A stretch of DNA of 64,000 nt from Dendrobates tinctorius (taxonomy: Eukaryota), in NCBI RefSeq assembly GCF_039654945.1, contig NW_027361770.1, positions 36,022,001-36,086,000 on the forward strand, read 5' to 3'. The number at the start of each line of letters is the position of its first letter. Positions within the stretch are counted from its first letter, which is position 1. The position numbers and the translations under genes were made by a program. Shown here one piece after another: positions 45,642 through 58,891 of the stretch. The notes beneath the pieces were generated by a model, which was given only the letters and a program-made list of their open reading frames with translations, had not been told where the DNA came from and ran no database searches.

Positions 45642-47056
45642 AGGGAATCTGTCACCCCATTTTTGGTCTATAAGATGCGGCCACAGTCATCAGGGGCTTA
45701 TCTACAGCATATTGTAATGCTGTAGATAAGCCCCCGATGTAACATGAAAGATAAGAAAAACAAGTTAGATTAAACTCACCCGGGGGTCCGGTCGGGTCCG
45801 ATGGGTGTCGCGGTCCGGTCCAGCGCCTCCCATCTTCTAGCGATGACATCCTCCTTCTTACTTCTGCTGCGGCTGCTGCGCAGGTGTACTTTATCTGCCC
45901 TGTTGAGGGCAGGGTAAAGTGTTGTGAGTTCATTTTCCCCTTCGTCACTGAGGTCTGGTGAACTCCCTATTCTGGTAAAGGAAGGTAATGAGCCTGATTA
46001 TCAGGCACCTGAGACTAATGAGGATGACTGGCTGAGTGGAGTCACTGACTGGATATAAGGCTGCCGATGCCCTTCTGCCCTGCGGGTGATTTCTCTGTGG
46101 ACTTCTAGGACACCAGTCTGATTCCTGCTTCCCTAAAGCTAAGTTTTCTGCTTTGTCTGTTTGCATTTATGTTTTGTTTTTGTTTTCCTTGCTTTTCTGG
46201 ATTCTGCCATTCCCTGCTGGGATGAGCTGAATCTCCTTTTGCCGGTTGCTCTGTCTTCAGAATATTCCTGAGTACTGACACAGCTTTTTTGAAGCCTAGC
46301 GTCTTCAGGGCCTTTTTCACTGTCAGTCTGTTGGCTCTTACTTTCATAGGGTTTTTCACGGATTGCAGACAGCAGCCTTCCTGTCCTTTCCTATCTAGGT
46401 AGTTTGGGCCCCGTCTTTGCTCAGTCTATCTTTCTGTCTGTGTTAGTGTTTTCATCTTGCTTCACCGTCATTATATGTTGGGGGCTGCCTATTGCTTTGG
46501 GGTCTGCTCTGGGGCAGTTTAGTTTTCCCCTTTCTTTCTTTAGGCCTATTTAATTCTCCAGCTGTGATCGAGGGGTCTAGGGCATCGTAGGAACCCCCCA
46601 CGGCTACTGTTAGTTGTTGTGATAGGATCAGGGGTCTGCAATCCGATAGCTGCCAACCTCTCTGGTTTTCTGGACTTAGCTAGCAGTTCTGTTTTTGCCT
46701 CCTACGGTGACTCAATCATAACAGTAAAGTACTGCAGTGTGCAGGCGCCGGACCTCTCTGACCTTTCCCTGCGCACTGCAGTACTTTACTCTGCCTTCAA
46801 TAGGGCAGATATAGTACACCTGCGCCGGAACCATGGCAGAAGTAAGGAGGAGGACATCATCTCAAGAAGATGGGAGGTGCCTGACCAGACCGCGACACCC
46901 ACCGGACCATGCCCCCCAGTGAGTATAATCTAACTCGCTTTTCTTATCTTTCAGGTTACATCGAGGGCTTACCTACAGCATTACAGAATGCTGTAGATAA
47001 GCCCCGGATGGCTGTGGCCGCATCTTATAGGCCAAAAATGGGGTGACAGATTCCCT
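45642..47056. mobile_element. Kolobok/T2-type palindromic MITE with TTAA TSD
   Basis: TTAA-AGGGAATCTGTCACC...GGTGACAGATTCCCT-TTAA; the arms are mutually inverted. Confidence 0.85.
45920..46723. mobile_element. Solo LTR with 6-bp TSD
   Basis: TGTTGTGAG...CATAACA termini, GTAAAG on both sides. Confidence 0.9.
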
Positions 47057-48260
47057 TTAATGCTTATTGCAGAAGTCTAATTATTGTGGACTTAAAAATG
47101 GCACTAACACCCTATTAGTTACATCAACACAGTATATCTCAAGACTCATGGTTCCCTGAATCAGGGAGAAGCCCCTGTCTCTGTTAGCAAAAAATTGTTA
47201 CAAGTTTTAAAAAGTGCATAGTGAGATTATGGCAGCTGCTTTGAAGTCTTTTACAGATTGGGTAATGCTCGGGCGATTTGAATCGACAGACACTGATCTG
47301 TTTAAAAGTTCAAGCAGCCACCATGAATCTCATTGCCTCAGATAGCAAGAACGCAAACACAAGAAAGTAAACCATTCAGGACTTGTCAGGAGGTGAGCAG
47401 CCTCCTCCTCACTGCACAGACACCTTCGGCCCCAGGTGCAGGTGGTAGCCTGAGCTCCTACTTACAGAACCATCCTGTCCGCTGTCCTTCTACTCTCCGG
47501 CATGAAGAAGCCAGTGTCCTGCGCTGTGACGTCTCTCTTGCAGACACAGCTCACACAGCGTACAATGTGGGAGTGTCTGCAGTTTGCCGGAGACAACTGT
47601 CACACAGGTACGGTGCCGGCACCGGCATTCGGTTTCCGGGGGGGGGGGGGTTGTATGCTCCTATGCCCCCCCCCCCGTTTTGTATAGAGGTAGTGCAGGG
47701 AGATCATGTCTCCTTGCACTACAGTGGAGCTTATCTACATCAGCGTGCTGTGCACGGCGACATAGTGGACAGTCGCAGTACCTCCGGGTGGGCCTCTCAG
47801 AACAAGGGGCCCGGGGCGACCGCACCCTCTGCCCTCCCTGGTAGCTAAGCTACTGATCTTTGTCTAATATTTATATTTGTTTCATGAGCTGCGCAAACAC
47901 TTTTTCACACAGCGGTATGTTCACCCTTGTCTCTGAGCATCCATTGGGATGTGAGAGAATGTAACCTTATATAATGTATAATAATTTTATATTTCTTTAG
48001 CTGTACAGTGATGTTATACAGTAGAGAACAAATTCTAGAAAGAATCCATCATGAAGTTATGAGCAACAGAAATTACACAGCATGTATTTCTGTGACTCGT
48101 GGATGCTACCTAAGGGTATATTCACATGACAGTGTCCCAATTTGTGTCCACAAAAAACGCATCCTTAAAAAGCAGATTTTTTTTATATGCTAAAGTTTTA
48201 ATTGGAGACTAAGACTTGTATGGTTGAATCACGTTTAATGGTCCGGATCTACATGGCTAC

Positions 48261-48819
48261 TGTCATGACCCAGACTGTTTTGAATCCTGTCTTCCCCTTT
48301 TTCCGGTCTGGTCATGCCAGGGGTTAACTTTCTCAGCCTCAGTCTGGTCTCAGGTTTGCGGTTTATCTCCGCTGCGTCCCGCAGACCATGTCAGTTATAG
48401 TTTCTGCCTACAGCGTGTGTAGCTGACCCCGTTTGCCCTAATTTGTCCTGCTGCTTGCTTACTGAACCCGTGTCTGTTTATCCCCTCTTCTCTTCCCGAC
48501 TCAGTGTTTCCCTTTCGTGTATTGACTCCCTGGTATCTGACTCGGCTTGGACCCTGACTTGTTGTTTTGTCTCTTGTCTTTGGCATATCTGCTCCTGACC
48601 GGTACTGACCCATTTGACTTGCTTCTGACTCTGTGTTTGTTTATTCCTTTGGTACTGCGCCACAGACTAATATCGACTTGAAGTGTTTGACTATTCTGCT
48701 GCCACCTGGTGGTGACCTCACCGCTGCATTGCAGGTCAGGCCTTGCAGTGTGCAATCCACCCTCCACTCTATTGCCATCTAGTGGAGCTTACATTTAACC
48801 TCATTGCAGCGGCATGACA
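48261..48819. mobile_element. Solo LTR with 5-bp TSD
   Basis: TGTCATG...CATGACA termini, GCTAC on both sides; homologous to 22352-22911. Confidence 0.9.
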
Positions 48820-48839
48820 GCTACATTAAGATCAATGTA

Positions 48840-49536
48840 CAGTTAGGTCCATATATATATTTGGACAGAGAAAAACAGTTATCTAATTTTGGTTCTAGAC
48901 ATTACCACAATGAATTTTAAACAAATCACATGCAGTTGAAGTTCAGACTTTCAGCTTTCATTTGAGTGTATCCGCATTAAAATTGGATGAAGGGTTTAGG
49001 AGTTTCAGCTCCTTAAAGGGAATCTGTCACCTACCCTTTGGCGAGCGATGAAAACGAGGTCGGTCCGGTCCGATGGGCGGTGTTCCCGAAGTGTGCCGCC
49101 TCCCCATCCTTGCCCACCGTCCGCAGGATATTGTTGAATTGGAGTAGGTGTACGCCATTTTTTGCGCGTGCGCTAAGCATTCATAGCTAGCACACGCGCA
49201 GTATGCTTTGCCCAACTGCGGGCTAAGCCGGACTGCGCATGCGCCCGTTAACTAAGCCCCGGAAGTATTTTGCTGTGTTCCGGAGCTTAGTTAACCGGCA
49301 CATGCGCAGTCCGGCTTTTCGGCTTTGCCCGCAGTTGGGCAAAGCATACTGCGCGTGCGCTAGCTATGAAACTCCTAAATCCTTCATCCAATTTTAATGT
49401 GGATACCCTCAAATGAAAGCTGAAAGTCTGAACTTCAACTGCATCTGAATTGTTTTGTTTAAAATTCATTGTGGTAATGTCTAGAACCAAAATTAGAAAA
49501 ATGTTGTCTTTGTCCAAATATATATGGGCCTAACTG
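48840..49536. mobile_element. Tc1/mariner-type MITE with a nested Kolobok-type fragment
   Basis: TA-CAGTTAGG...CCTAACTG-TA with long inverted arms; TTAAAGGGAATCTGTCACC insertion at 49013. Confidence 0.8.
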
Positions 49537-52230
49537 TATGTGAATGAACAGTTCCAGTAAACTTTATATTTCTGTGTGCTATTTCAGTTTAGAATGGATG
49601 CAATATACTAAAGGAACAGAAAAGCGCAATAGGATCTTTTTATTTTTTTAAACCAGTTATCCACTGTTTATTGTTTAAAATCTTTTGAAACCTAAATAAA
49701 AATATCAATATACATGTAACAATTCACATATCTTGTAATAATACAATCAAAGCCATCCCCCCCCCCTCCCCCAATACTCCTTATGCCGGGCATACTTGAG
49801 ACTCTTAGCAATCATATCACCGCCATCCAGGCGGACCATATTTTTTCGAAAGTTCCTTCACCATGCCTTCGCCTGTAAATGCTTTCCTCTAAATGCATTA
49901 CCGTACGTGTCTGAGCAATAAATTCCCTCCTAGTGGGGGGTTCCGGATCCTTCCTTTTTCGTGCTATTAGTTTGCGTGCCACATGCAGCAACCTCGCTAT
50001 TGCCACCTTGTAATGTTCTGAGACAGGTATCCCATCCACCTCCCCCAAAACACACAGCACTGGATTCCTGTCGAGCGTACATGCATAAGCTCTCAATTTT
50101 GTTGATAACGACCAGCCAGTATGCCACCAGCCGCGGACACGACCATAACATATGTAACAGTCCGGCCTGGTCTGTGCCACATCTAGGGCAGCTAGAGTCT
50201 CCCCTCAAGCCCGCCTTGAATAGGACCAGCGGTGTTTTGTATGTTCTATGTATTACATATAATTGGGAGAGCCGTGCCTGCTCGCTTAGAGAGATCTTCG
50301 GGACATATTCAAGAATAGCCTCCCATTGTTCTGTTGTGAGGGTACCCACCTCCCTTTCCCATTTACTCTGCAGTGAGGTGATTGTCCCCCAGATAAGAGT
50401 GTAGTAGATCATGATATATGCTCGATATAACTCCCCTCGTCCCTCCCTTCATACGCACAAAGTCTAGTACAATGTCGCCCTGAACTGTCATGGCTCCCAA
50501 TGTACACTGTGCCCTCCAAGCATGTCGAAGCATATAGTATTGAAACCCCCATTCCGAAGGCAAATCAAATTCCTCTCTCAATGTCTCAAAGGTCTTCAGG
50601 TCCGTTCCACTCTGCAGCTGGCACACATATCTCACTCCTTTCGCCTTCCAATTGCCCATTTGACGCAGCTTATTAAGTTCCGGCAGATGCTCATTGTCCC
50701 ACGCCGGTGAGTACCTAGTCAGCTCATCCACCCCTCTGATCCTTTTAATGGTGTCCCATACCTTCTGAATCATGCCTATGGTAGGATATGGTGCTCCCAG
50801 TTTCTTAAAGGTACCATCCTCTAGACCCTGGATAAGTGGGCGTCTCCCCGTCACATGTACCAGCACCCGGTGAGCTGCTCCTCCACAATCGAGCTCTCTC
50901 CACCCCCTGACATACTGGCCCTGTACTGCCAAGAAATAGACCCATGGACTTGGTGCGGCCAATCCTCCCTCTTCCTTCCCTTTTTGCAGCGTTCCAAATT
51001 TAATCCGTGCCTGCCTCTTGCCCCATATCAAGGATCTGAAGATAGAATCAATGCCCCGAAACCGTTTTTTTTGGTAGCCATATCGGCGAATTGTGCAAAA
51101 CGTACATTAGTTGTGGCATGAGGACCATCTTAATCAGGTTAGTTCTACCCGTTACCGTTAAAGCCAATTTGCACCATGCACCTATTTTCCCTTTAAATTT
51201 CTCTAGCAGAGGAACCAAATTCAGATCCGTGAATCGGGACAGTGGAAGAGCTACCCATATCCCTAGGTATCTAAACTGTGAAACTAGCTGGAGTTGTTCC
51301 CCCCTCTCATCTATCTCCTCCGCTTCTATTGCTCTATCCACAGCCATGACGTAAGACTTGTGCCAATTTATGTCCAGTCCCGAAATGCTTCCAAATTGTT
51401 TAATTACATCCATCGTGCACCCCAGTGTCTCTCCTGCACTTTCCAAAAACAACAGGATGTCGTCGGCATACAATGATATTTTTTTCTTCCAGCTTCCCAA
51501 ATTTAAATCCGACCACTCCCCTCTCAGCTCTGATCTTGGCCGCCAGGGGCTCCACTGCCACCGCTAACAATAGCGGGGACAGCGGACACCCCTCCCTTGT
51601 GCCCCTATGCAAGTCAAACATCCCGGACTGTTCTCCATTCACCTTAACTACCGCCTTTGGGGATGAGTACAATAACCACCCAGGCCATGAACGCGGGGCC
51701 GAATCCCATCGGTTCCATGATTTTCCATAAGTATTGCCATTCCACGCTATCAAATGCTTTTCTAGCGTCCAATGACATCACTATTCTGCTGCCACCATTA
51801 TCAGCAGGCAGTTGCATATTAAGAAATAATCTTCTTAAGTTAACAGCCGTGGAGCGGTTAGGCATAAAGCCTGACTCGTCCTCGTGTATAATGGTATGCG
51901 CAACCCCGGTGAGCCGGGTGGCCAGGATCTTAGCGAGTATTTTGACATCCGTTGTCAACAACGAAATGGGCCTGTACGACTCCGCATCCATGGGATCTTT
52001 TCCCTCCGGCAGAACTACTAAAACCGCTTCCTCCATTGATCTCGGCAGTGCCCCCGTCACTAAAGCCTCATCAAACACAGATTTCAATTTCGGAGCCAGC
52101 AGTTCCACTAACTCCCTGTACACCTCCCCAGGTAGACCATCAGCTCCCGGTGATTTGTTATTGGGCATAGACAGTATTGCACATTCCACCTCCCTCACAC
52201 TCACAGGTTCTTCCAACCTCAACCTATCTT

Positions 52231-52273
52231 CCCCCTGACGAAGGAGATTTTATTTCCGAAACGCGCGTCGGGG
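52231..52273 (+). ncRNA. Type I hammerhead ribozyme at the start of a ~500-bp insertion (52231-52740) in L1 ORF2
   Basis: CCCC-CTGACGA-A-GGAGAT TTT ATTTCC-GAAAC-GCGC-GTC^-GGGG. Confidence 0.8.
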
Positions 52274-53106
52274 CGCGTTCTTACACAACTCACATAGCGT
52301 CAATTGGCTTACAGGTATTTTGTGTTTTGTTGCACACGCCTCAGTGCGATTTGAATTCCTTGCACAGCTGCACCTCTGCACTTTGGGCACATTCATTATG
52401 TATATGTATATATAATATATATTTTCTTTTTATGTAATTATTCTTGTCACTATATATTTGCACTTTTGTACCTGGTTCATTAATTAAGCCTTTTTGTTAT
52501 GGATTGGTTTTTCCATCATCCATAAACACATTGCTAATGTGGTTGTATATTTTATTATATATACATATATATTTTTAATTCACTTAACTGTTGTGCCAAT
52601 ATTTCAATAAAGGTATTTTTATTTTTAAAAGATTGTGCCATTTATTATTATTATTATTGCTATTATGTTATTATCATTCATGTTGCATCTTTTTTATCCT
52701 GTGGGATTTCTTATTCCCATCCATCTTTGAGTTATTTTTTCCCCTCAGACAATTTAGGTAGTGAAATGCCTTCCAAAAAATTCTCCACATCCCCCTCTGT
52801 GTCCCGTGCTCTCGAAGTGTACAGTGCCATGTAATATGCCTTGAAGACCTCCAGTATGTCCTTTGTGTCTGTCAGAGTCGCCCCTGTTTGATCTCTCAGT
52901 TCATACACCCTGGAAGACTCCCTCTGTGCCGCAGAAATCACCGCCAACAAGTGACCCACTCTCTCTCCTTCTTCAAAGAATTGGGCTTGCTGAAATGCCC
53001 TTTTCCTCTCAGCTTGCATCATGTGCAGTTTATCAACTGCCTCCTGAGCCAATTTTAGTCTATTGTGAGCTTCACTCGTTGGCGCCAAAATCATGTCTGC
53101 CTCCGC

Positions 53107-53928
53107 TGTTGTGAGTTCATTTTTCCCTTCATCATTGAGATCTGATGAACTCCCTCCTCTGGTGAAGGAAGATAGTGAGACTGATTACCAAACACCTGGG
53201 CAGCTAGATGATAACTGGGTGGCTGGAATTGAGGACTGGATATAAGGCTGCCGACGCCCTTCTTCCTGGATGGTGATTTTCCTGCTGGATTCTTGGAGAC
53301 CAGTCTGATTCCTGCGTCTCAAAGCTAAGTTTTTCTGCTCTGCTTTGTACTCTTCAGTTTTGTTTTTGTTTTGCCTTGTTTTTTGGGAGTCCTGCCATCC
53401 CCGGCCGGGGGTGAGCTGAATTCCATTTTTGTCTCTGATCTGTTGATCTTTTGCTCTGTCTTCAGCATATACCTGAGTGCTGATATAGTCTTTTGAAGCC
53501 TAGCGACTTCAGGGCCAGTTTTTCCTATCAGTCGGTTGGCTCATTTTGATAGGGTTTTTGCGGATGGCAGACAGCAGCTTTCCTATCCTGTCCTATGTAG
53601 TTAGCTTGGGCCCCATCATTTGCTCAACCTATCTTTCTATCTGTGTTAGTGTTTTCATCTTGCTTCACCATCATTATATGTTTGGGGCTGCCTATTGCTT
53701 TGGGGTCTGCTCTGGGGCAGTTTAGTTTTTCCCCTTTCTGTCTTTAGGCTATGTAGCTCTCCGGCTGTGATCGAGGGGTCTAGGGCACCGTAGGAACCCC
53801 CCCACGGCTACTGCTAGTTGTTGTGGATAGGTTCAGGGGTCTGCAATCCGATAGCTGCCAACCTCTCTGGTTTTTCTGGACTTAGCTGGTATTTTTGTTT
53901 TTTCCTCCTTCGGTGACTCATCATAACA
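53107..53928. mobile_element. Solo LTR with 6-bp TSD (family of 45920-46723)
   Basis: TGTTGTGAG...CATAACA termini, CTCCGC on both sides. Confidence 0.9.
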
Positions 53929-55405
53929 CTCCGCTCTTGTCAGGTCATCCTTTATTTGTTGATCTGCCAATTTAGTTTTGGTTTAACACCTCGCAATCTC
54001 ACTTATAAAAAGTCCCCTCGTAAACGCCTTCATGGCATCCCAAACCGTTGTGGCCTCAGTACTCCCTTCGTTCATTTGGAAGAAGTGCTCTAGTTTTTTG
54101 GTTATGCCACCCATATCCACCACTTTAAGCCACGTCGGGTGAAGACGCCAACCTCCCCTCTGACCCTGAGCAGATCTCACCAGAAGCGTGACCACCACAG
54201 TACCATGATCCGAGAGAGTCCTCTGTAGGTATTCCACCTCCGCCACCATCCCGTCCATAGCGGTATCCCCCAAAGCCAGGTCTATCCTCGACAGTGTTCC
54301 ATGTGTTGCCGAATGACATGAAAAAGTCCTCTTACCCTCATTTCGTACTCTCCACAGATCTACCAGCCCAAGTTCCCCTACATACGTGCCAAAGGCAGTC
54401 ATCCTGTCCTGTCCAGCTTCCGTACCTGCCGGTCATACTTTATCCCAATAATCATTCATAGTGTTGTTAACATCTCCCATAATCAACAATAGAGTCTCCC
54501 CCCATCTGCCCGTCAGTTCCAGTACTGCTTGTAGTTTCTTTTTAGAGTAAGGTGGAGGGATATATAAAGCCACTAAAATCATTTTGTGTCCGAACAATCT
54601 GCAAGCAATCCATACATACTGCCCTTCGCTGTCTACATGCACTTCCAGCTCTTCATAATGTGTGTTTTTGTGTATTAGGACTGACACCCCCCTGGAGTAC
54701 GAGGAATAAGTAGAATGATATGTCTTTAGCATCCAGGCTCTTGACAACCAGTGCATAGTGTCTCTAGTGAGATGTGTCTCCTGCAAGCACGCGATCATAG
54801 GTTCACAGGATTTTATATGATTCAGAACAGCCGCCCTCTTAACCTTATCAGATATACCACGTACATTCCAACTTAACATCCAAACAGTACGGTTACTCAT
54901 TGTGCATTAGAAAGAACAATCCATCATCATCAAGTAACATCATTACATTGTGGTCCCAATCATACCCGGTCAAACAGCATGAAAACCCCCATCTCCCTAC
55001 AAATCCGCCCCACCCACCCACCTCCCCCCATCCCTCTCCGCTTCCCCTCCCCCCACCCTTCCCCTTTTGCAGTTGTCACTCTCTCCCCAACGTGAGAGTG
55101 GGAACTCGCAGAACCTGAGCAACGTCTCAGTATTCAGCACTTCAACATGCGTCGTGTCCTCCTCCATCATTGGCAGCCTCTCCGCCATATTGTCAACAGT
55201 ATGCATAGACCCGAACCATTAGTCAAACAATTAACCATAATACATAGATCCCAGTGGGGAGTTCTCCCCCTCCTCTGCGCTCCTATTTCGCAGAGTAAAG
55301 CAGCGCCACAACCCTGTCCAGTGATCAGTCTAGCAGGGTCATGTGGTCATATTGCCATTATCTTCTCTCAATTTGCTCCGGTTGCGCTCCAACCACAAAG
55401 CAGCC

Positions 55406-56466
55406 TCAACCGGTGACGGGGAAAAAAATGATCTTTCCAAAAGCTTCCACTCTTAATTTAGCAGGATAAATTGTAGAGTATTTCAAATGCAAAGAGCGGA
55501 GCTGTTTCTTCACTTCGCCATACCGCAGTCGTAACTTTTGCACCTCGGCAGAGTAATCCAGGTATATTTCGATTCGTTTGCCCTCCAGGTTAAGATCTGT
55601 CAACTTTCCAGCCTTTCGTAAGATAGTGTCCCTGTCTCTGCAATTCAGGATTCTGGCAGCATCGTGCGAGGTCCATCTCCCTGCACTGGGGGTCTCATGG
55701 GTACGCGATGGGCACGCTCCACCGCAAACACTCTCGACAAGTTATCAGCACCAAACTTGTCCAGCAGCCAGGTTTCAATAAAGGCTGTGGGGTCAGCACC
55801 CTCAGCTCTCTCAGGGATGCCCACAATGCGCAAATTGTTCCTACGTGACCGGTTTTCCATGTCATCATTTTTATTGGCTACTACCGTGATCCTCTGAGTG
55901 TGCTGTTGCTGTGTCTTTTGCACTGAGGTTAAGTGATCTTCTGTTACACCAACTCTGTCCTCCACCTCAGTTAATCTGGCTGTAACTTTCTGCATAGATG
56001 TTTTTATGCCTCCCATTTCCTCTTTCAGGCAATTCACCTGCTTTGTCAGAGCAGTTAAGGCAGTCTTGCAGTATAAGACAGCTTGGAATACATCCCGCAG
56101 GGTGGGCTCTGCTACATCTGCACTTTCAGCTAACTGCACAGTGTCACCATCCCCCTCTTCCTGCTGCTCCAGCTCTGCATTCAGCACAGGCATCTCCTCA
56201 TCATCTTCCTCCTCATCTCTGTGCTTCTCACTCCCTCCATTTCCTTCATCTGTCTCCATGCCCCTCACATACCTGTTCAGCCAGGCTGAGACTTCCAGCT
56301 TCTGTGCATAGGCTGTGTTTCTTCTTCCCGCCTCCTCCTCTCTCTCAGCACCATCTTGGACTGGGGCACTGCTGCAGGCTCCGGCATCTTTCTGCCTTTT
56401 GCAGCCCATGTTTGTCTCTCTGAGTCTGGCAGAAGCTCGCCCCTGACTCCTGGGACCTTCAGACAT
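55406..56466 (-). pseudogene. L1 ORF1, frameshifted
   Basis: DDMENRSRRNNLRIVGIPE, VERAHR and IYLDYS...YPAKLRV. Confidence 0.85.
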
Positions 56467-56649
56467 CTGATCCTGGTAAAGGAATTAGCTGGTTCGGGCT
56501 CTGTGCAGGATAATTGAGGCTAATGGCGGCAGAGAAGCACAGCCACCCGACTTCTCACATCAAGAGCTAGGCCCCGCCCCTGCGCAATAGGATCTTATCC
56601 GAGTTGATATTAAAAGAAATTCACTCACCTATTTGTAGGATGTTTGTCA

Positions 56650-56695
56650 TCCCCTGAGGAAGAAGTAGTCGTCCTTACTTCGAAACGCGTTGGGA
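56650..56695 (+). ncRNA. Type I hammerhead ribozyme motif (Penelope-type)
   Basis: TCCC-CTGAGGA-A-GAAGTA(loop)TACTTC-GAAA-CGCG-TT-GGGA followed by AATAAA. Confidence 0.7.
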
Positions 56696-56990
56696 ATAAA
56701 TGATTAATCTTTCACCGTAAGTGGGATTCTGTATTTTGTCAAGCAGCGCATGGAAGTCTATAAATTATTTCCATAAGAATTAGTTTAGAATGGATAGCAC
56801 ACTCGAGAAAAGTACTGTTGTGCAAATATGTCCAGACATGTAGTGGCTTGCCCAGGCCTTTGCAGATCCAAATCATATTTGAGTCTTATGTGATAATTTT
56901 TTCTCTATATTCGTTTAGGAAGTATCTCTGAATGGTGTCATTAATGTGTTCAGAACCTTTTAGAATTGTTTTTGTTTTTTTTTTCTCTAG

Positions 56991-57056
56991 GCCTGCACTA
57001 TAAAAATGAGTCACTTAAAGAAGCAATTTAACCCATCAGTGAATAACGTGTCAAAG
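56991..57056 (+). CDS. Candidate host exon, possibly carrying the start codon (MSHLKKQFNPSVNNVSK); gene unidentified
   Basis: Long polypyrimidine tract with TAG acceptor, AAG|GTATTA donor, a single open frame and AAAATGA context. Confidence 0.5.
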
Positions 57057-57254
57057 GTATTAAAACCTTCTTGCAGTTAAGTCTGTGTTAACATTAGCAT
57101 CTTGGTCTGTTTGAATGTATCTTAATCCTTTGGTTTATAATGAGATTCTTCAGGGAGTCGATGGTCGTAATTTGCAGCATTCGTGCTGTTTTCTAGTTGC
57201 AAGTCTTTTAGGAAAAATTATTACCCTGAGACTTATTTTCACAGTGGTGCTTGG

Positions 57255-58057
57255 AGGGAACCTGTCACGTCCTTTATTGTTATTAAACTGCCCCCAATGT
57301 CGTGCTAGCACATTGCATCACTAACATCAAGCAAAACATCCCATTATTTAGTGCAAAAACCCCTCTTTATACTTTGATGATTTACTCACATACCTTCTGT
57401 TTTAGTCATAGGGGTGGGCAGCTCTAGCTCTTCAGTTATGGTCAATCAAATGCCCATCGTACTAGTGTTCCTTCCCATCACTGCTCCCTACGTCACCCCA
57501 ATCTCCAAGCAGATCCAGCTCTTGCACAGTAACGCTCAGCTTTCCCGGCATACACACTGAATCTGGGTGTAGGTTCCAGATTCATATCCTTTGTGTGCAT
57601 GCTCCAGAGCCGCTGAACGTCAGTGCTACAAGCATGAAGGCAGGTGCACATAGCGTGCGCGTTCACAAACTGTCATTTGGCCAATGACGCTCAGCGGCTC
57701 CGGAGCTTTCGCACGTAAGATCTGAAGCTGGGATACACATGCCTGGAAAGAGGAGTGTCAGGATCTGCTGGGATGTTGCGGTGACGTAGGGAGCAGTATA
57801 CAATGGGCATGGAGAATTTCAAAACGCATTTGTTTGACTGTGACTGAAAAGCTGGGCAACCCACCCCTTTGACTGTAACAGAAGGTATGCAGTGCAATCC
57901 TCCCAAGTACGAAAAGTGAGTATAATAAAAGCTCTTTTTCTTCTCTTCCAGGTCGGGTTAGGGGCAGATATACTGCATTATAGAATGCTGCATATCAGCC
58001 CTGAAAGGTGGTGGCCATAACTCATATCAGCCAAACCTGGTGACAGGTTCCCTTTAA
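57255..58057. mobile_element. Kolobok/T2-type MITE, degenerate
   Basis: AGGGAACCTGTCAC...GTGACAGGTTCCCT-TTAA. Confidence 0.65.
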
Positions 58058-58878
58058 GGCCTCTTTCACACTTCGGTTTTTTACAATCAGTCACAATCCG
58101 CCAGGTTTTGAAAAAAACGGATCCTCAAATTTTTTTTGAGGATCCGTTTTTTTTCCCCATTGACTTGCATTAAAGGCGGATTGTGACGGATTGCTGTCCG
58201 TTGCATCCGTTTTTTTTGTGAGGATCCGCCAAAAGTTGCTGTCCGTCACCATCCTCAAAGATTTCAAAACGGAGCTTGTAACGTTTTCTAAGTCGTTATT
58301 TTGCATCCTATTTTTCAATACAAATATAGAGGAATATGAATTCTAAAAAAAATACCTTTTATTTAAATTACTTTAAAATTCTCTATTTATAATACATTTA
58401 TAGCATAGTTATAGGTGTGATATTTAAATTTATATATAATACCAACTCTTCTCAAAAAGATCACATAGAGACAAGAGGAGAGTCTGAGTCAATGTAAGAA
58501 CTTTTTTTTTTTTTTTTTCCATGGACACATAAATTGCGAGTGATTGTGGAGCTTGGTTAAATTTGCAAATCATGTAATATACTTTTTGTATTTAATGTGC
58601 CTTCTGCTTCAATAAATGGTTATGATCCAGCAGCATGGACTTACCGATGTCTGTGCTTCATGCCCAGGGTAGGTAAGAATCCCACTTCTGTTACTCGAAC
58701 TTATCTGAAGATGAAGGGTGGTTTGGTCACAAAAAATGGACTTGATATGAAAAACAGGAGTCAGGAACTGCAGTTGTTCTTATGGGTTGGGACCCTTACG
58801 TAGTATATCATCTGTAAATGTATTCAATTGAGATTATAAATAACATTTTTTTTTTTTTTTTTTTTTTGTACTGTACAG

Positions 58879-58891
58879 AAAAAAAGCCAAA
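58879..58891 (+). CDS. Candidate 13-nt microexon
   Basis: TAAC branch-like motif, a run of more than 20 T, then TACAG| AAAAAAAGCCAAA |GTAAGT. Confidence 0.5.

Larger units (their letters stand above)
49812..54900 (-). pseudogene. L1 ORF2 (APE, RT, CCHC), frameshifted and interrupted twice
   Basis: SWNVRG...LQETH, SRIDL, SDH, YRPISLL, DARKAFD, GCPLSP, YADD and CPRC...HMLWSC. Confidence 0.9.
49639..56581 (-). mobile_element. Full-length degenerate L1-clade LINE
   Basis: 15-bp TSD GCGCAATAGGATCTT (49624-49638, 56582-56596), short poly(A) and GGGGCGGGGC 5' end. Confidence 0.92.

Noticed and set aside
47257-47392. Exon-like segment with GCCACCATG and a 15-codon ORF
   Set aside because: It overlaps a small inverted repeat (47229-47325) that looks TE-derived, and the ORF stops early. 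It cannot be supported without RNA data.
48001-48113. Acceptor plus open frame (CTVMLYSREQILERIHHEV...)
   Set aside because: No convincing donor, the phase does not fit the 56991 exon, and it runs into a MITE end.
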